Part shown: positions 21,901 through 29,855 of the stretch, piece after piece | Layout of the letters: every line of letters starts with the position of its first letter | Position numbering within the stretch: position 1 is the stretch's first letter | Virus record (IMG/VR): IMGVR_UViG_3300005573_001035 | Span: 64,001 to 128,000 of that record | Direction: 5' to 3' (one strand) | DNA from: a virus | Length of the DNA: 64,000 nt | Program-made: the position numbers and the translations under genes | The notes under the pieces: model-generated | The model's input: the letters and a program-made list of their open reading frames with translations, nothing else | What the model was told of the DNA's origin: nothing | Database searches by the model: none

Positions 21901-23718
21901 ACCCGAATAACCACTAAAACCAGATGTTCCCTGAGGACCAGTCTCCCCACTGTATCCACTAAAACCAGACGTTCCCGAAACGCCTTGTGGACCAGAATAG
22001 CCAGAGAAACCACTTGTACCTGAGTAACCAGAAAAGCCACTTGGCCCCGAATAACCACTAAATCCGGATGTTCCCTGGGGTCCAGCTTCTCCACTATACC
22101 CACTAAATCCCGAGTAACCACTTAGACCAGACCTTCCACTATAACCACTAAAACCCGAATAGCCACTCGAACCAGGAGCATCCCCACTATAGCCCGAAAA
22201 GCCACTAAATCCCGAGTAACCACTTAGACCTGAGTAGCCACTAAAACCACTAAAACCCGAATAGCCACTGGTTCCCGAAGGCCCAGAAAAACCACTAAAT
22301 CCCGAGTACCCACTTAGACCAGGCCCCCCACTATAACCACTAAAACCCGAGTAGCCACTGGAACCTGAGTAACCAGACAATCCGCTAAATCCTGAGTACC
22401 CACTATAACCACTAGGCCCTGGGGGTCCAGAGGAACCACTATAACCGCTCCTGCCCGACTGGCCACTAGCTCCAGAATAACCGCTAAATCCACTCTTGCC
22501 AGAGAAACCACTCAACCCACTTACACCTGCAGGACCTGGCTGCCCAGACCAACCACTAAAACCTGAGAAACCAGACAAACCAGGTACTCCGGGTAAGCCA
22601 CTCCAACCAGAGTATCCACTCCATCCAGAAAAACCACTTTGTCCACTAAAACCACTAAAACCTGATTGGCCTGGTTCTCCACCACCGCCACTACCGCCAC
22701 TACCTCCTTCTCCCCCACCACCACCGCCGCCACCAGTACCAGCCGAAGAACCAGGGCCACTATACGAAGGAGGAAGATACGAAGGTGGAGGTTGCTTATC
22801 TCCTGCGAAACCTGGAGGAGCAGGCATAGCCTGAGGAACTGAACTAGGGGTTGAAGGCGTGGATGGAGTATGAGTTCTCTCAGAAAAGGATTCCCAGGGA
22901 CAATTTCTATCTCCTATTGGATTAGCTCTTTCTGCATATTTGGCTAGTCCTGTTTGATCACATCTCTTACGACCATCAGTGTTTATGTCTTTGTCAGCTC
23001 GAAGATTAAACTCATCTTTGGTCCATATTCGAATCTCACCATCAGCAATAATATGAATCTTCTTTCCAACTTTCAGAAATAAGTTTCCTTCTGTTTCAAG
23101 GTGAACATCGTCTTTAAATTTCGCATGGAATTGTCTCTTAGTAATATCAACCCGGAAGAAATCTCCAAGATACGTTCTAAATAGAAATTGTTCCTGTTCT
23201 TCTCTCTCATCTAAAACAAGGACGGTTTGATTATCATCAACTTTACAGATAGATGCTATGTCACCAGCAGGCGGGTTAGTCAGGAGGCGCTTTTTCCCTG
23301 TAATTTCCCAGCGCTCATCTTGAGGGTCGTCAGATATGACAATCGTTCTGCCTTCTGGAGATTTGAAGAGAACCCACTTATCTTCATACTTTCCGACTTG
23401 GCACTCAGGTAAGACTTTCGAAGATTCAATTTCCAGGGATGCAAAATAGTAGGGTCTGTTTGCATTTCCCTGCTCAAAAAAGACCCAAACCCAAGACCCT
23501 TTTCTAGGAACTAAGCAAGCACCATAGTACCAATTCTCAGGGTTCGCTTCTAAGTTTCTTCCACCCAGATACGTATTAGCTGGACGGGCCCAGATTGCCT
23601 TTTCTTTATCTAGCTCAGGCATCAAAGCTGGAATCCAGACCTTGACCCTGCCAAATTGCTCTGGGTCTCTATTATCTATGACTTCTGCTCTGAAGAAGCC
23701 ATTCAGAAGTTGCTCCAT
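18907..23718 (-). CDS. gp5/VgrG-like baseplate central spike (OB-fold) fused to ~1170 aa SG(F/Y) collagen-like repeat and a C-terminal THNL-type fibre domain
   Basis: FRAEVIDNRDPEQFGRVKVWIP...WARP...VPRKGSWVWVFFEQGNANRPYY is a typical gp5 N-terminal OB-fold. It is followed by a beta-helix-like segment, a Pro/Gly linker, the repeat, and YITFTHNLN...VFPDQITIIDSNNVRI. Confidence 0.85.
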   Translation of the reverse strand: MEQLLNGFFRAEVIDNRDPEQFGRVKVWIPALMPELDKEKAIWARPANTYLGGRNLEANPENWYYGACLVPRKGSWVWVFFEQGNANRPYYFASLEIESSKVLPECQVGKYEDKWVLFKSPEGRTIVISDDPQDERWEITGKKRLLTNPPAGDIASICKVDDNQTVLVLDEREEQEQFLFRTYLGDFFRVDITKRQFHAKFKDDVHLETEGNLFLKVGKKIHIIADGEIRIWTKDEFNLRADKDINTDGRKRCDQTGLAKYAERANPIGDRNCPWESFSERTHTPSTPSTPSSVPQAMPAPPGFAGDKQPPPSYLPPSYSGPGSSAGTGGGGGGGGEGGSGGSGGGGEPGQSGFSGFSGQSGFSGWSGYSGWSGLPGVPGLSGFSGFSGWSGQPGPAGVSGLSGFSGKSGFSGYSGASGQSGRSGYSGSSGPPGPSGYSGYSGFSGLSGYSGSSGYSGFSGYSGGPGLSGYSGFSGFSGPSGTSGYSGFSGFSGYSGLSGYSGFSGFSGYSGDAPGSSGYSGFSGYSGRSGLSGYSGFSGYSGEAGPQGTSGFSGYSGPSGFSGYSGTSGFSGYSGPQGVSGTSGFSGYSGETGPQGTSGFSGYSGLSGFSGYSGPSGFSGYSGTSGFSGYSGTSGFSGYSGCQGPQGTSGYSGYSGEPGPQGTSGFSGYSGPSGFSGYSGASGFSGYSGSQGPEGTSGFSGYSGTSGFSGYSGPQGSTGTSGFSGYSGLSGFSGYSGSQGPEGTSGFSGYSGEPGPQGTSGFSGYSGTSGFSGYSGSQGPAGTSGYSGYSGEPGPQGTSGFSGYSGLSGFSGYSGSQGPTGTSGFSGYSGVSGFSGYSGSQGPTGTSGFSGYSGVSGFSGYSGSQGPTGTSGYSGYSGEPGPQGTSGFSGYSGVSGFSGYSGPQGTSGFSGYSGTSGFSGYSGSQGPEGTSGFSGYSGTSGFSGYSGPQGPTGTSGFSGYSGTSGFSGYSGVSGRSGFSGYSGPQGPEGISGFSGYSGPSGLSGYSGVSGFSGYSGPQGPTGTSGFSGFSGYSGPQGPEGTSGFSGYSGVSGFSGYSGPQGPTGVSGFSGYSGESGFSGYSGPQGPTGTSGFSGYSGVSGFSGYSGPQGPIGTSGFSGYSGLQGTSGFSGYSGVSGFSGYSGSQGPEGTSGFSGYSGVSGFSGYSGASGVSGKSGFSGYSGISGFSGYSGSQGPEGTSGFSGYSGESGFSGYSGLQGPAGTSGFSGYSGTSGFSGYSGISGTSGFSGYSGLQGPEGISGFSGYSGVSGFSGYSGPQGVSGFSGYSGSQGPEGTSGFSGYSGTSGFSGYSGVSGFSGYSGPQGPTGTSGYSGYSGTSGFSGYSGPQGTSGFSGYSGVSGFSGYSGSQGLEGTSGFSGYSGTSGFSGYSGSQGLDGVSGFSGYSGVSGFSGYSGSQGLDGVSGFSGYSGVSGFSGYSGSQGLDGVSGFSGKSGFSGYSGYSGSQGLDGVSGFSGKSGFSGYSGYSGVSGFSGYSGVSGFSGKSGFSGYSGVSGFSGYSGFSGSLSRYTTTFNNTTSWTSGTGNYYITFTHNLNSSALLVSTWDTSTGNLVFPDQITIIDSNNVRIYVSSSPDSRFNGRVVIAAV
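19156..22666 (-). repeat. Coding Gly-X-Ser / GPQGPxG triplet repeat
   Basis: Directly visible. Confidence 0.95.
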
Positions 23719-23765
23719 TTTCTACCCTATCCACCAGAAAGTTAGTTTCCTTTCCATACCGTTGC

Positions 23766-24689
23766 TTATAATCTCGTTACAATTATCTCGATAGCTTTTG
23801 ATATACGGGTATAAGAATAAGAATGAAACTTCGAGAAAAATGAACCAGCAATGGTTGATCCTTTAAGCTCAGAGCAAATAAAGAATGAGACAAACCTACC
23901 ATAATCTTCCAGCGCAGCCACAAAACTAGATCCAAAACTACGAAATAATACTGACGAAAATACAAAGGGGCTTATACCCGGCATAATAGAAAAGTCAGAT
24001 AGGGCAGCTACAAAACTAGTAATCTTGGAAAAATCATATGATTCTAACCTATCTTTTATTAGATCAGGAGAGAACCCAGACATAGAACTAGCTCTTAGAT
24101 AAAGTCTATCTCCACTGGGGATACTAAAAAACGAACTCAAAACATAACACGCGACCATAAACTTAAGAGAGCCAATAAGATAAGAGTAACTTGTAAGAAG
24201 ACCATATTTCTTACCAAATACTCGAATTAAGATAGCAGATAAGAAATCGCATATAAAAGAGGCATAGTCCTCTGACATTCGGCCTCGTTCTAGACCATGC
24301 ACATGATACAAAATAAACCCGTACAATGCTAGACCATATAAATTTCTGTAATCAACTCGACCTATGTTACTGGCAGAAAAATAAGATATGTTTAAAAAGA
24401 CTTGTTTCTCGGACTTAACATACGCTGCTGGTAAAACATATGAGGGAGCTAAACATATGGTAAATGCTTTTGGATTATTTTGTAAGAATCTAACTAGTGG
24501 CTCCTTACTATAATGGCTAATCGTAGGAAGGCTAGAGCCAATAATAGAAACTAGGTCTTTTTGGGTGGCAATTTGTTGAATTTGACCCAATTCTGACTTC
24601 GTTTTTGCAATATTAGGGGTCTTTTCGAGTAGTTCAAAGTCGTATTTTTTCTCCTTTCCAGATCCAAGAAAAGAAACAATTCTAGCCAT
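23766..24689 (-). CDS. Hypothetical phage protein
   Basis: 307 aa ORF co-oriented with baseplate genes. No recognised motif. Confidence 0.6.
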   Translation of the reverse strand: MARIVSFLGSGKEKKYDFELLEKTPNIAKTKSELGQIQQIATQKDLVSIIGSSLPTISHYSKEPLVRFLQNNPKAFTICLAPSYVLPAAYVKSEKQVFLNISYFSASNIGRVDYRNLYGLALYGFILYHVHGLERGRMSEDYASFICDFLSAILIRVFGKKYGLLTSYSYLIGSLKFMVACYVLSSFFSIPSGDRLYLRASSMSGFSPDLIKDRLESYDFSKITSFVAALSDFSIMPGISPFVFSSVLFRSFGSSFVAALEDYGRFVSFFICSELKGSTIAGSFFSKFHSYSYTRISKAIEIIVTRL

Positions 24690-24785
24690 GCTCCAGACTG
24701 CTTGACCTCTCTTTCTTATATATACGCACCTCTGAACCTATGTAAAGCAAAAAAAGAGACAAGACCCTAAGAAAAACTAGTTTCT

Positions 24786-25175
24786 CTATAAGGGAAAAGA
24801 CCTAAGATCAGAAACTGGTTTTGGAAGAAATCTATCTCTTGCAACTTCTAGGATTGCGGCAAAGTCAGGAACTAAAATTGTGGGCATTACGAATTCCTCT
24901 ATGCTGTAAGCCCCATTAACGAAAAGAATAAGAGGCCAAAGAACCACAGTTCCATATTCCTGGTAAGATACATAGTCTGGTCTGTATTTAAGTTTCGGGG
25001 TCATAGGAATCTGTTTCGATCTTTGTAATAAGTAGAATAAGTTCTTCTCAACTGCCCACACCTCAAAAGATGGAAAAATAAATAGTCCATTCTCAGTCTT
25101 ATACTGAGCCCTTAAGTTATCAATATCCGTAGTTAAAGATATGTTAGAATTTGTCTCGGCGTCCAGAGTGTACAT
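24786..25175 (-). CDS. Baseplate wedge gp53-like (LysM-like) protein
   Basis: KYRPDYVSYQEYGTVVLWPLILFVNG matches the gp53/tail-X RPD...YG...LWxxIL..N pattern. Confidence 0.75.
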   Translation of the reverse strand: MYTLDAETNSNISLTTDIDNLRAQYKTENGLFIFPSFEVWAVEKNLFYLLQRSKQIPMTPKLKYRPDYVSYQEYGTVVLWPLILFVNGAYSIEEFVMPTILVPDFAAILEVARDRFLPKPVSDLRSFPL

Positions 25176-25184
25176 TCTTAAGAT

Positions 25185-25895
25185 TTACTCTCCTTTTTCC
25201 TCTGGGTTTTTGTCGCTTAGAACCATTCCAGGATAATGGTTTGACCACCAAGAAGGAAACTTAGTCCAAGATTGAACCGCTAATCTAGAATTTATTTCTT
25301 CCAGATCATAAGTATCGAAGACTAAATTCGATAGACACCAAAGATAGTCTCCCTGAACTAAGTTAATAGGAATATCAAGTTTTCCATTATGAAATTTTTC
25401 ATGCATAGTTTCTGTCAAGGGAACATAGCCTAGACGATTTTGATAGTGGATTTCAATTACATCTCTCGCAATATCGAAAGTACAGAACTCCTTCTCCTCT
25501 TTCATATATTTTTGAATCACACCCTTAACTAAAAGAAACAAAGAAGGAATATGGTGATGAATACAAATAGAAACATCTTCTTTGCTTTCAAACGTTATGG
25601 CGCATTTGCTAACTTTTAGAACTTCAAGAATGTATTGTCTCCAAAGAGAAAATTCATAGCTCTTTCTAACGAGGGATTCTACGTTCTTTATAAATTTAAC
25701 GAATTGTTTATCATCTTCAAACTCTCTAATTCTTAAAGACAAAGAAAAGGCGTAGTTAGGAGAAAAAAGAATCTTATCAGAAGTATTCGCAGTAATAAGA
25801 CTAGATCTATCTTCCTTGCTTTCTGGTTGGAGAAAAAGACCCTCTTCCTGTTGCTTAAGAAGATCTTCTAAGCAAATACTTGGTTTATCCTGCAA
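25185..25895 (-). CDS. Hypothetical protein with HNH-like metal motif
   Basis: CAIT...ICIHHHIP...VPLTETMHEKFHNG. Confidence 0.5.
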   Translation of the reverse strand: MQDKPSICLEDLLKQQEEGLFLQPESKEDRSSLITANTSDKILFSPNYAFSLSLRIREFEDDKQFVKFIKNVESLVRKSYEFSLWRQYILEVLKVSKCAITFESKEDVSICIHHHIPSLFLLVKGVIQKYMKEEKEFCTFDIARDVIEIHYQNRLGYVPLTETMHEKFHNGKLDIPINLVQGDYLWCLSNLVFDTYDLEEINSRLAVQSWTKFPSWWSNHYPGMVLSDKNPEEKGE

Positions 25896-25935
25896 TTCTT
25901 CTTTTCCTCTCTTTTATCTTTTTATGTATATTTTA

Positions 25936-27126
25936 CTAAGATAAACTATTCAGTAACCTCTTTCTAGAGACTCCAATTCTAGAAAATATAGGATTTTTCA
26001 ATTGGCTTGGTTCAACAATATCAGAAGAAAGCTTCATATTCGCAAATAAGACTCGATAAGAAACAGCTGCGCATAGATCTTTAAATGGGTGTATACAAAA
26101 ATAAACAGAGGAGGATACATTGTCAACAACACAGAGGTCAGTCCATCCAGATAACCTAGCTCTAAATCTTAGTTTTCCTTGTGCCAAAAGATCATAGTTC
26201 TGGATTGATTGCCTAGATAAAATCACATGGAGCAATTTAAAGTTTTCCGGCTTGTAATGAACCATAGCTTCCAAACTAGGAGGAGATCCAGATGTAAGAA
26301 CCCTAACTAATTTACTTGTATATACTTTTCTCCAGGTTCTATACAACTTTTTTGTAATTCTTCTGCCCGCCATCACAAATAAATTTAGTAGAGCAGGTCT
26401 GGTTATATCCGAGATTAGAACTTTGCTAATTTTCTCAGCAGGCATCTTAAAGAAAAGACACTTGACACCAAGAATTACGTTCACCGATTCTTCCGAACTG
26501 GCCTTTGACTTCTTAAATTCTTCAGTTGAGCCTGTAAGGGTTTGACCTTTCTCACCAAAATCATACTGAAATTTTTGCGAAGTCACAACATTGTCAACTA
26601 ACTCAGATTTGGTTAGCCGGATAACAATCCATGTTGGATCTGGATATAACTCAGTTACTATAGTGGGTGCACTACGGGGCTCGGCACTAATCGTAGGTGG
26701 GGGCGTGGAACTAGGAACAGGACATGGGCCACCAGCACATGGTCCTCCTCCACCTTTGCCAGCAGTTGGATGGGGCCCTTTGGGGGGCGGGGGCGAATAA
26801 GGTACAGGCAAGTTAGACCCAGATTGCGATTTTTCTACTGATAGTTGCCATGGTATCTTAAAAGTATCGGAGAGAGAAGAACTTGGCTTTAACCCATACC
26901 TCCGAAGAATAGAAGATACTAGTCTCTCAAGGCCAGGTTTATTGATCTTAAATGTTCGTTCCGCCCCTGGTATTTTCATTACACTCCTAGCCCATTCTGG
27001 AAGAAGAGAATTAAGAATTATATCTAGACTATATATAAGAGCTAGACGCTCTATAGATTTTCCGATTACAGCGGCTACGTTATCATCAACATCATCTGAA
27101 ACCAAAACTGGGATTATATAGATCAT
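25936..27126 (-). CDS. Hypothetical (possibly virion) protein with Pro/Gly-rich insert
   Basis: 396 aa ORF with a GGAG-like RBS. Confidence 0.55.
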   Translation of the reverse strand: MIYIIPVLVSDDVDDNVAAVIGKSIERLALIYSLDIILNSLLPEWARSVMKIPGAERTFKINKPGLERLVSSILRRYGLKPSSSLSDTFKIPWQLSVEKSQSGSNLPVPYSPPPPKGPHPTAGKGGGGPCAGGPCPVPSSTPPPTISAEPRSAPTIVTELYPDPTWIVIRLTKSELVDNVVTSQKFQYDFGEKGQTLTGSTEEFKKSKASSEESVNVILGVKCLFFKMPAEKISKVLISDITRPALLNLFVMAGRRITKKLYRTWRKVYTSKLVRVLTSGSPPSLEAMVHYKPENFKLLHVILSRQSIQNYDLLAQGKLRFRARLSGWTDLCVVDNVSSSVYFCIHPFKDLCAAVSYRVLFANMKLSSDIVEPSQLKNPIFSRIGVSRKRLLNSLS

Positions 27127-27176
27127 ATTCGTTTTACCCCCAGGAGAAAAAACTCTAAGAAAGAAAAATATGGTGC

Positions 27177-28115
27177 TTAGTAAGACTTTGATGCCAAAAG
27201 ATTCGTAATCTTTGATTCAGGCAAATCTTCTAAACAAGATTTACAAAGATTCTGAAAACTACAAAAATAACAACTTTCTCTTTCATATTCGGGAGGTGGA
27301 ATAGTAGATTTCGATAAGTATTCTAAAAGTTTGAGAGATCGATTCAGAAATGTCTCTCCTACTTTCTGGTCATAGGGAAAAGTCTCGAATTGAATAAGTC
27401 TGTCTTTAGGTTTGTAGTAAATTATCTCAACGTTACGAATTGAATAACCGTATTCTAAATTTAAAACGCAAGCATATGTTTGGACTTGGTCAAAATCTTT
27501 CTTGCTTGGTAACCCAGTCTTAATATCAAAAAGAGTAGATTCTGTAATCGCGTCAACTCGGCCTTTTAACATGTATGTATCTGACTTAAATGATTTCTCA
27601 GTCTCTAAGAACTGATAGTACTTATAGAATAAAGAATGAATAAAGGTGCCAATTTCTTGGTCAAAAACTAAGAATGGATCTTCTTGCTTCTCTTCTAGGG
27701 GGTACTTTTTTCTCGTAAAGTAGGCAGATCGCAAACAACCAACTACCTCAGAGACCGAGTTATAAGTCTTTGTGTACGAAAGCTGCCTTCTTTTTTGTTC
27801 CCTAAGAACTGATACCAAATTAGACTTAAACAACTCGTAATCAAAACAATGGGAAATAGAAGAAGGCTTAGAACTATTCCCAGAATAACTAAGACTAAGA
27901 TCTGAGTAACCTGTTGTATTACTAGCACTTAGTTCCTCTTTTTTAACTTCCCAAAACGAGGTTTCTTCCTTATCAGATACTTGGCTGCTAATAGTAGTAG
28001 AAATCGAAGTTTGCTTATTAGACTCTAAAATCTTTCTTTTCTTATTTTCTTCCTCCACTATTTCTAGAAGCTTCGAATAAATAGACATTGTTCTGTCCTT
28101 GTGGTTTTCTAACAT
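27177..28115 (-). CDS. PD-(D/E)XK exonuclease, Cas4/AddB-like Fe-S type
   Basis: GCLR, GTFIH, GRVDAI...FDIKT, QxxxY and C-terminal CYFCSFQNLC. Confidence 0.85.
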   Translation of the reverse strand: MLENHKDRTMSIYSKLLEIVEEENKKRKILESNKQTSISTTISSQVSDKEETSFWEVKKEELSASNTTGYSDLSLSYSGNSSKPSSISHCFDYELFKSNLVSVLREQKRRQLSYTKTYNSVSEVVGCLRSAYFTRKKYPLEEKQEDPFLVFDQEIGTFIHSLFYKYYQFLETEKSFKSDTYMLKGRVDAITESTLFDIKTGLPSKKDFDQVQTYACVLNLEYGYSIRNVEIIYYKPKDRLIQFETFPYDQKVGETFLNRSLKLLEYLSKSTIPPPEYERESCYFCSFQNLCKSCLEDLPESKITNLLASKSY

Positions 28116-28132
28116 ATCGAAATTTCGTTACA

Positions 28133-28732
28133 TTACTTGGCATTTTCAGAAGTTATTTCTCGTATTAGAATTGCAAACTCAACCAACGATTCTCTTAGTA
28201 TATTATAAGCATCAAATGCAAGCCTTCCCTTCCTAGAAGAAAAATACGCAGCAACTTCTGGTTGCTCACTAATAGGCCTTCCTAAAAGCAATCGATCACA
28301 TGCTAACCCAAGCCCCACCTTTTCTACCTTTTCAGATATGTATTTCTGGACCTTTGAGCTGGTTCGATCTTTCATCTTAGAGACTTTCTTAATAACCGAT
28401 TCTCGAATCATTTTCCTTGTTTCCTGCTCAAGAAGGGCCTGTTTTGCATAGAGCTTAGCAGAATCAGAAGCCAACTTTGCCTCTTTTAAAAGTTTGCTTT
28501 TTGAAGAAGGCACAGACCCGGTAAGAAATTTTGAAGCAACATAATGCATATCAGAATACATCTCAATGAGAACCGATAAGACCGCAGCCTTGGTGGTCAT
28601 GTATTCCTTTATAACTTGAGGACAACATATTCCAGATAACTCAGTTACTGGCTTTTGAAAAAATAAGTAATCTAACGAATACAAACATTCCAAGATACGA
28701 ACTTTTGTGCTTTTGGGCAAAGAAACAGACAT
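28133..28732 (-). CDS. Hypothetical phage protein
   Basis: 199 aa ORF with a GGGGG-type RBS. Confidence 0.6.
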   Translation of the reverse strand: MSVSLPKSTKVRILECLYSLDYLFFQKPVTELSGICCPQVIKEYMTTKAAVLSVLIEMYSDMHYVASKFLTGSVPSSKSKLLKEAKLASDSAKLYAKQALLEQETRKMIRESVIKKVSKMKDRTSSKVQKYISEKVEKVGLGLACDRLLLGRPISEQPEVAAYFSSRKGRLAFDAYNILRESLVEFAILIREITSENAK

Positions 28733-28755
28733 GTGTATATCCCCCCTTAAATGTC

Positions 28756-29103
28756 CTAATCGTCTTCACTACTAGACCCAGACGAATTAGCAGAACTAAA
28801 TGTATGCAAAGATCTTTTAGATGGAATAAACCTTTCATCCTCTAAAAGCTCCAAACGAACCTTTCTAGTATCATCTGGAAACTTTACATTTTTAACCGAA
28901 TTCAGAATTTTTACCAGAGCAGAGATGGTGGCGCCTTTCTTACCAATAATCTTACCATAATCGCTCTTATGAGCTTGCACTTGGATTAGAATCATTTTCG
29001 TAGTTAAAAGAATACCAATCTTCACATCTTCTGGTTTGCATACCAGATTCTTTAGAATATTATATGATGCATCCATCAGAGCTTCTTTCATATTTGTTGT
29101 CAT
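28756..29103 (-). CDS. KH-domain RNA-binding protein (KhpA/YlqC-like)
   Basis: LVCKPEDV...DYGKIIGKKGATISAL contains the KH GxxG loop. Strong GAGGAG RBS. Confidence 0.85.
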   Translation of the reverse strand: MTTNMKEALMDASYNILKNLVCKPEDVKIGILLTTKMILIQVQAHKSDYGKIIGKKGATISALVKILNSVKNVKFPDDTRKVRLELLEDERFIPSKRSLHTFSSANSSGSSSEDD

Positions 29104-29162
29104 GATTGTTAGTTCCTCCTCTTTACGTATTTCTTATTCTCGTTCCTTACTTGTATATATAG

Positions 29163-29170
29163 TTTTGTTC
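29163..29170 (-). promoter_or_regulatory. GAACAAAA upstream motif
   Basis: About 60 nt upstream of the KH gene ATG. Confidence 0.45.
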
Positions 29171-29222
29171 AAATCTTATGCTTTTCTTTTCTTCGAACTT
29201 CTTTTTAGTAAGGATCAAATTT

Positions 29223-29855
29223 CTAACTTTCTGACCTATGTCTACTAAGAACTACTCGGTCTTTTGCTTTTCCCCTATAAGCATAAGAAAGTCTATAGTT
29301 TCCATACATATGCGCTAACTTACAAGTAAAGAAACTACTCCAAAAAGAACTCATTGGGAATGCGCATTGGATTTCATCTGCAACGGAAACCGCAACGAAG
29401 TACCTGTCTTGGTAAGATAAGACTTCAACGGAAATCTGACCAAGTTCATATAGATGATCAAGGGCGTAATCTAAAGATACTTTTAAAATTGGAGGTATGA
29501 TCCTATACAAAATCGGGTCTTCAACATCGATATAAGGCAAACATGGCTTTATATCACATACTATAGAATCATTATGGTATACATCTATGTTGGTGACAAA
29601 AGAAAGATATAGAACAAAACAATGAGCCTCAAACCAATTACTAAACTCAAAGAACTTAGTAATATTTTGATACGAAACTGCTATAATACACCCATCTCTT
29701 TCCCAGCTTATGACATATATGGTATGAATCTTAGGAATAACATCTTTCCTAAGGTACTTTTCCAAAGATTGTAGAATGTATTCTCTTCTAGTCTTATACG
29801 TCCTATACTGACGAATATTTCGAAGTAATTTCCGAATCGATGGCATCCGTAACAT
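29223..29855 (-). CDS. Hypothetical protein (start uncertain)
   Basis: 210 aa ORF overlapping the end of the recA-like gene. Confidence 0.55.
   Translation of the reverse strand: MLRMPSIRKLLRNIRQYRTYKTRREYILQSLEKYLRKDVIPKIHTIYVISWERDGCIIAVSYQNITKFFEFSNWFEAHCFVLYLSFVTNIDVYHNDSIVCDIKPCLPYIDVEDPILYRIIPPILKVSLDYALDHLYELGQISVEVLSYQDRYFVAVSVADEIQCAFPMSSFWSSFFTCKLAHMYGNYRLSYAYRGKAKDRVVLSRHRSES

Noticed and set aside
9043-22666. Repeat tracts as a CRISPR array or non-coding satellite
   Set aside because: There is no fixed repeat with unique spacers. Variation is synonymous within open frames.
8918-22834. Many alternative-frame and antisense ORFs inside the SG-repeat genes
   Set aside because: They are by-products of stop-poor 9-bp periodic sequence and lie wholly within longer real ORFs.
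27177-28115. Cas4-like gene as part of a CRISPR-Cas locus
   Set aside because: No cas1, cas2, effector genes or array nearby. Solo Cas4-like nucleases are common in phages.
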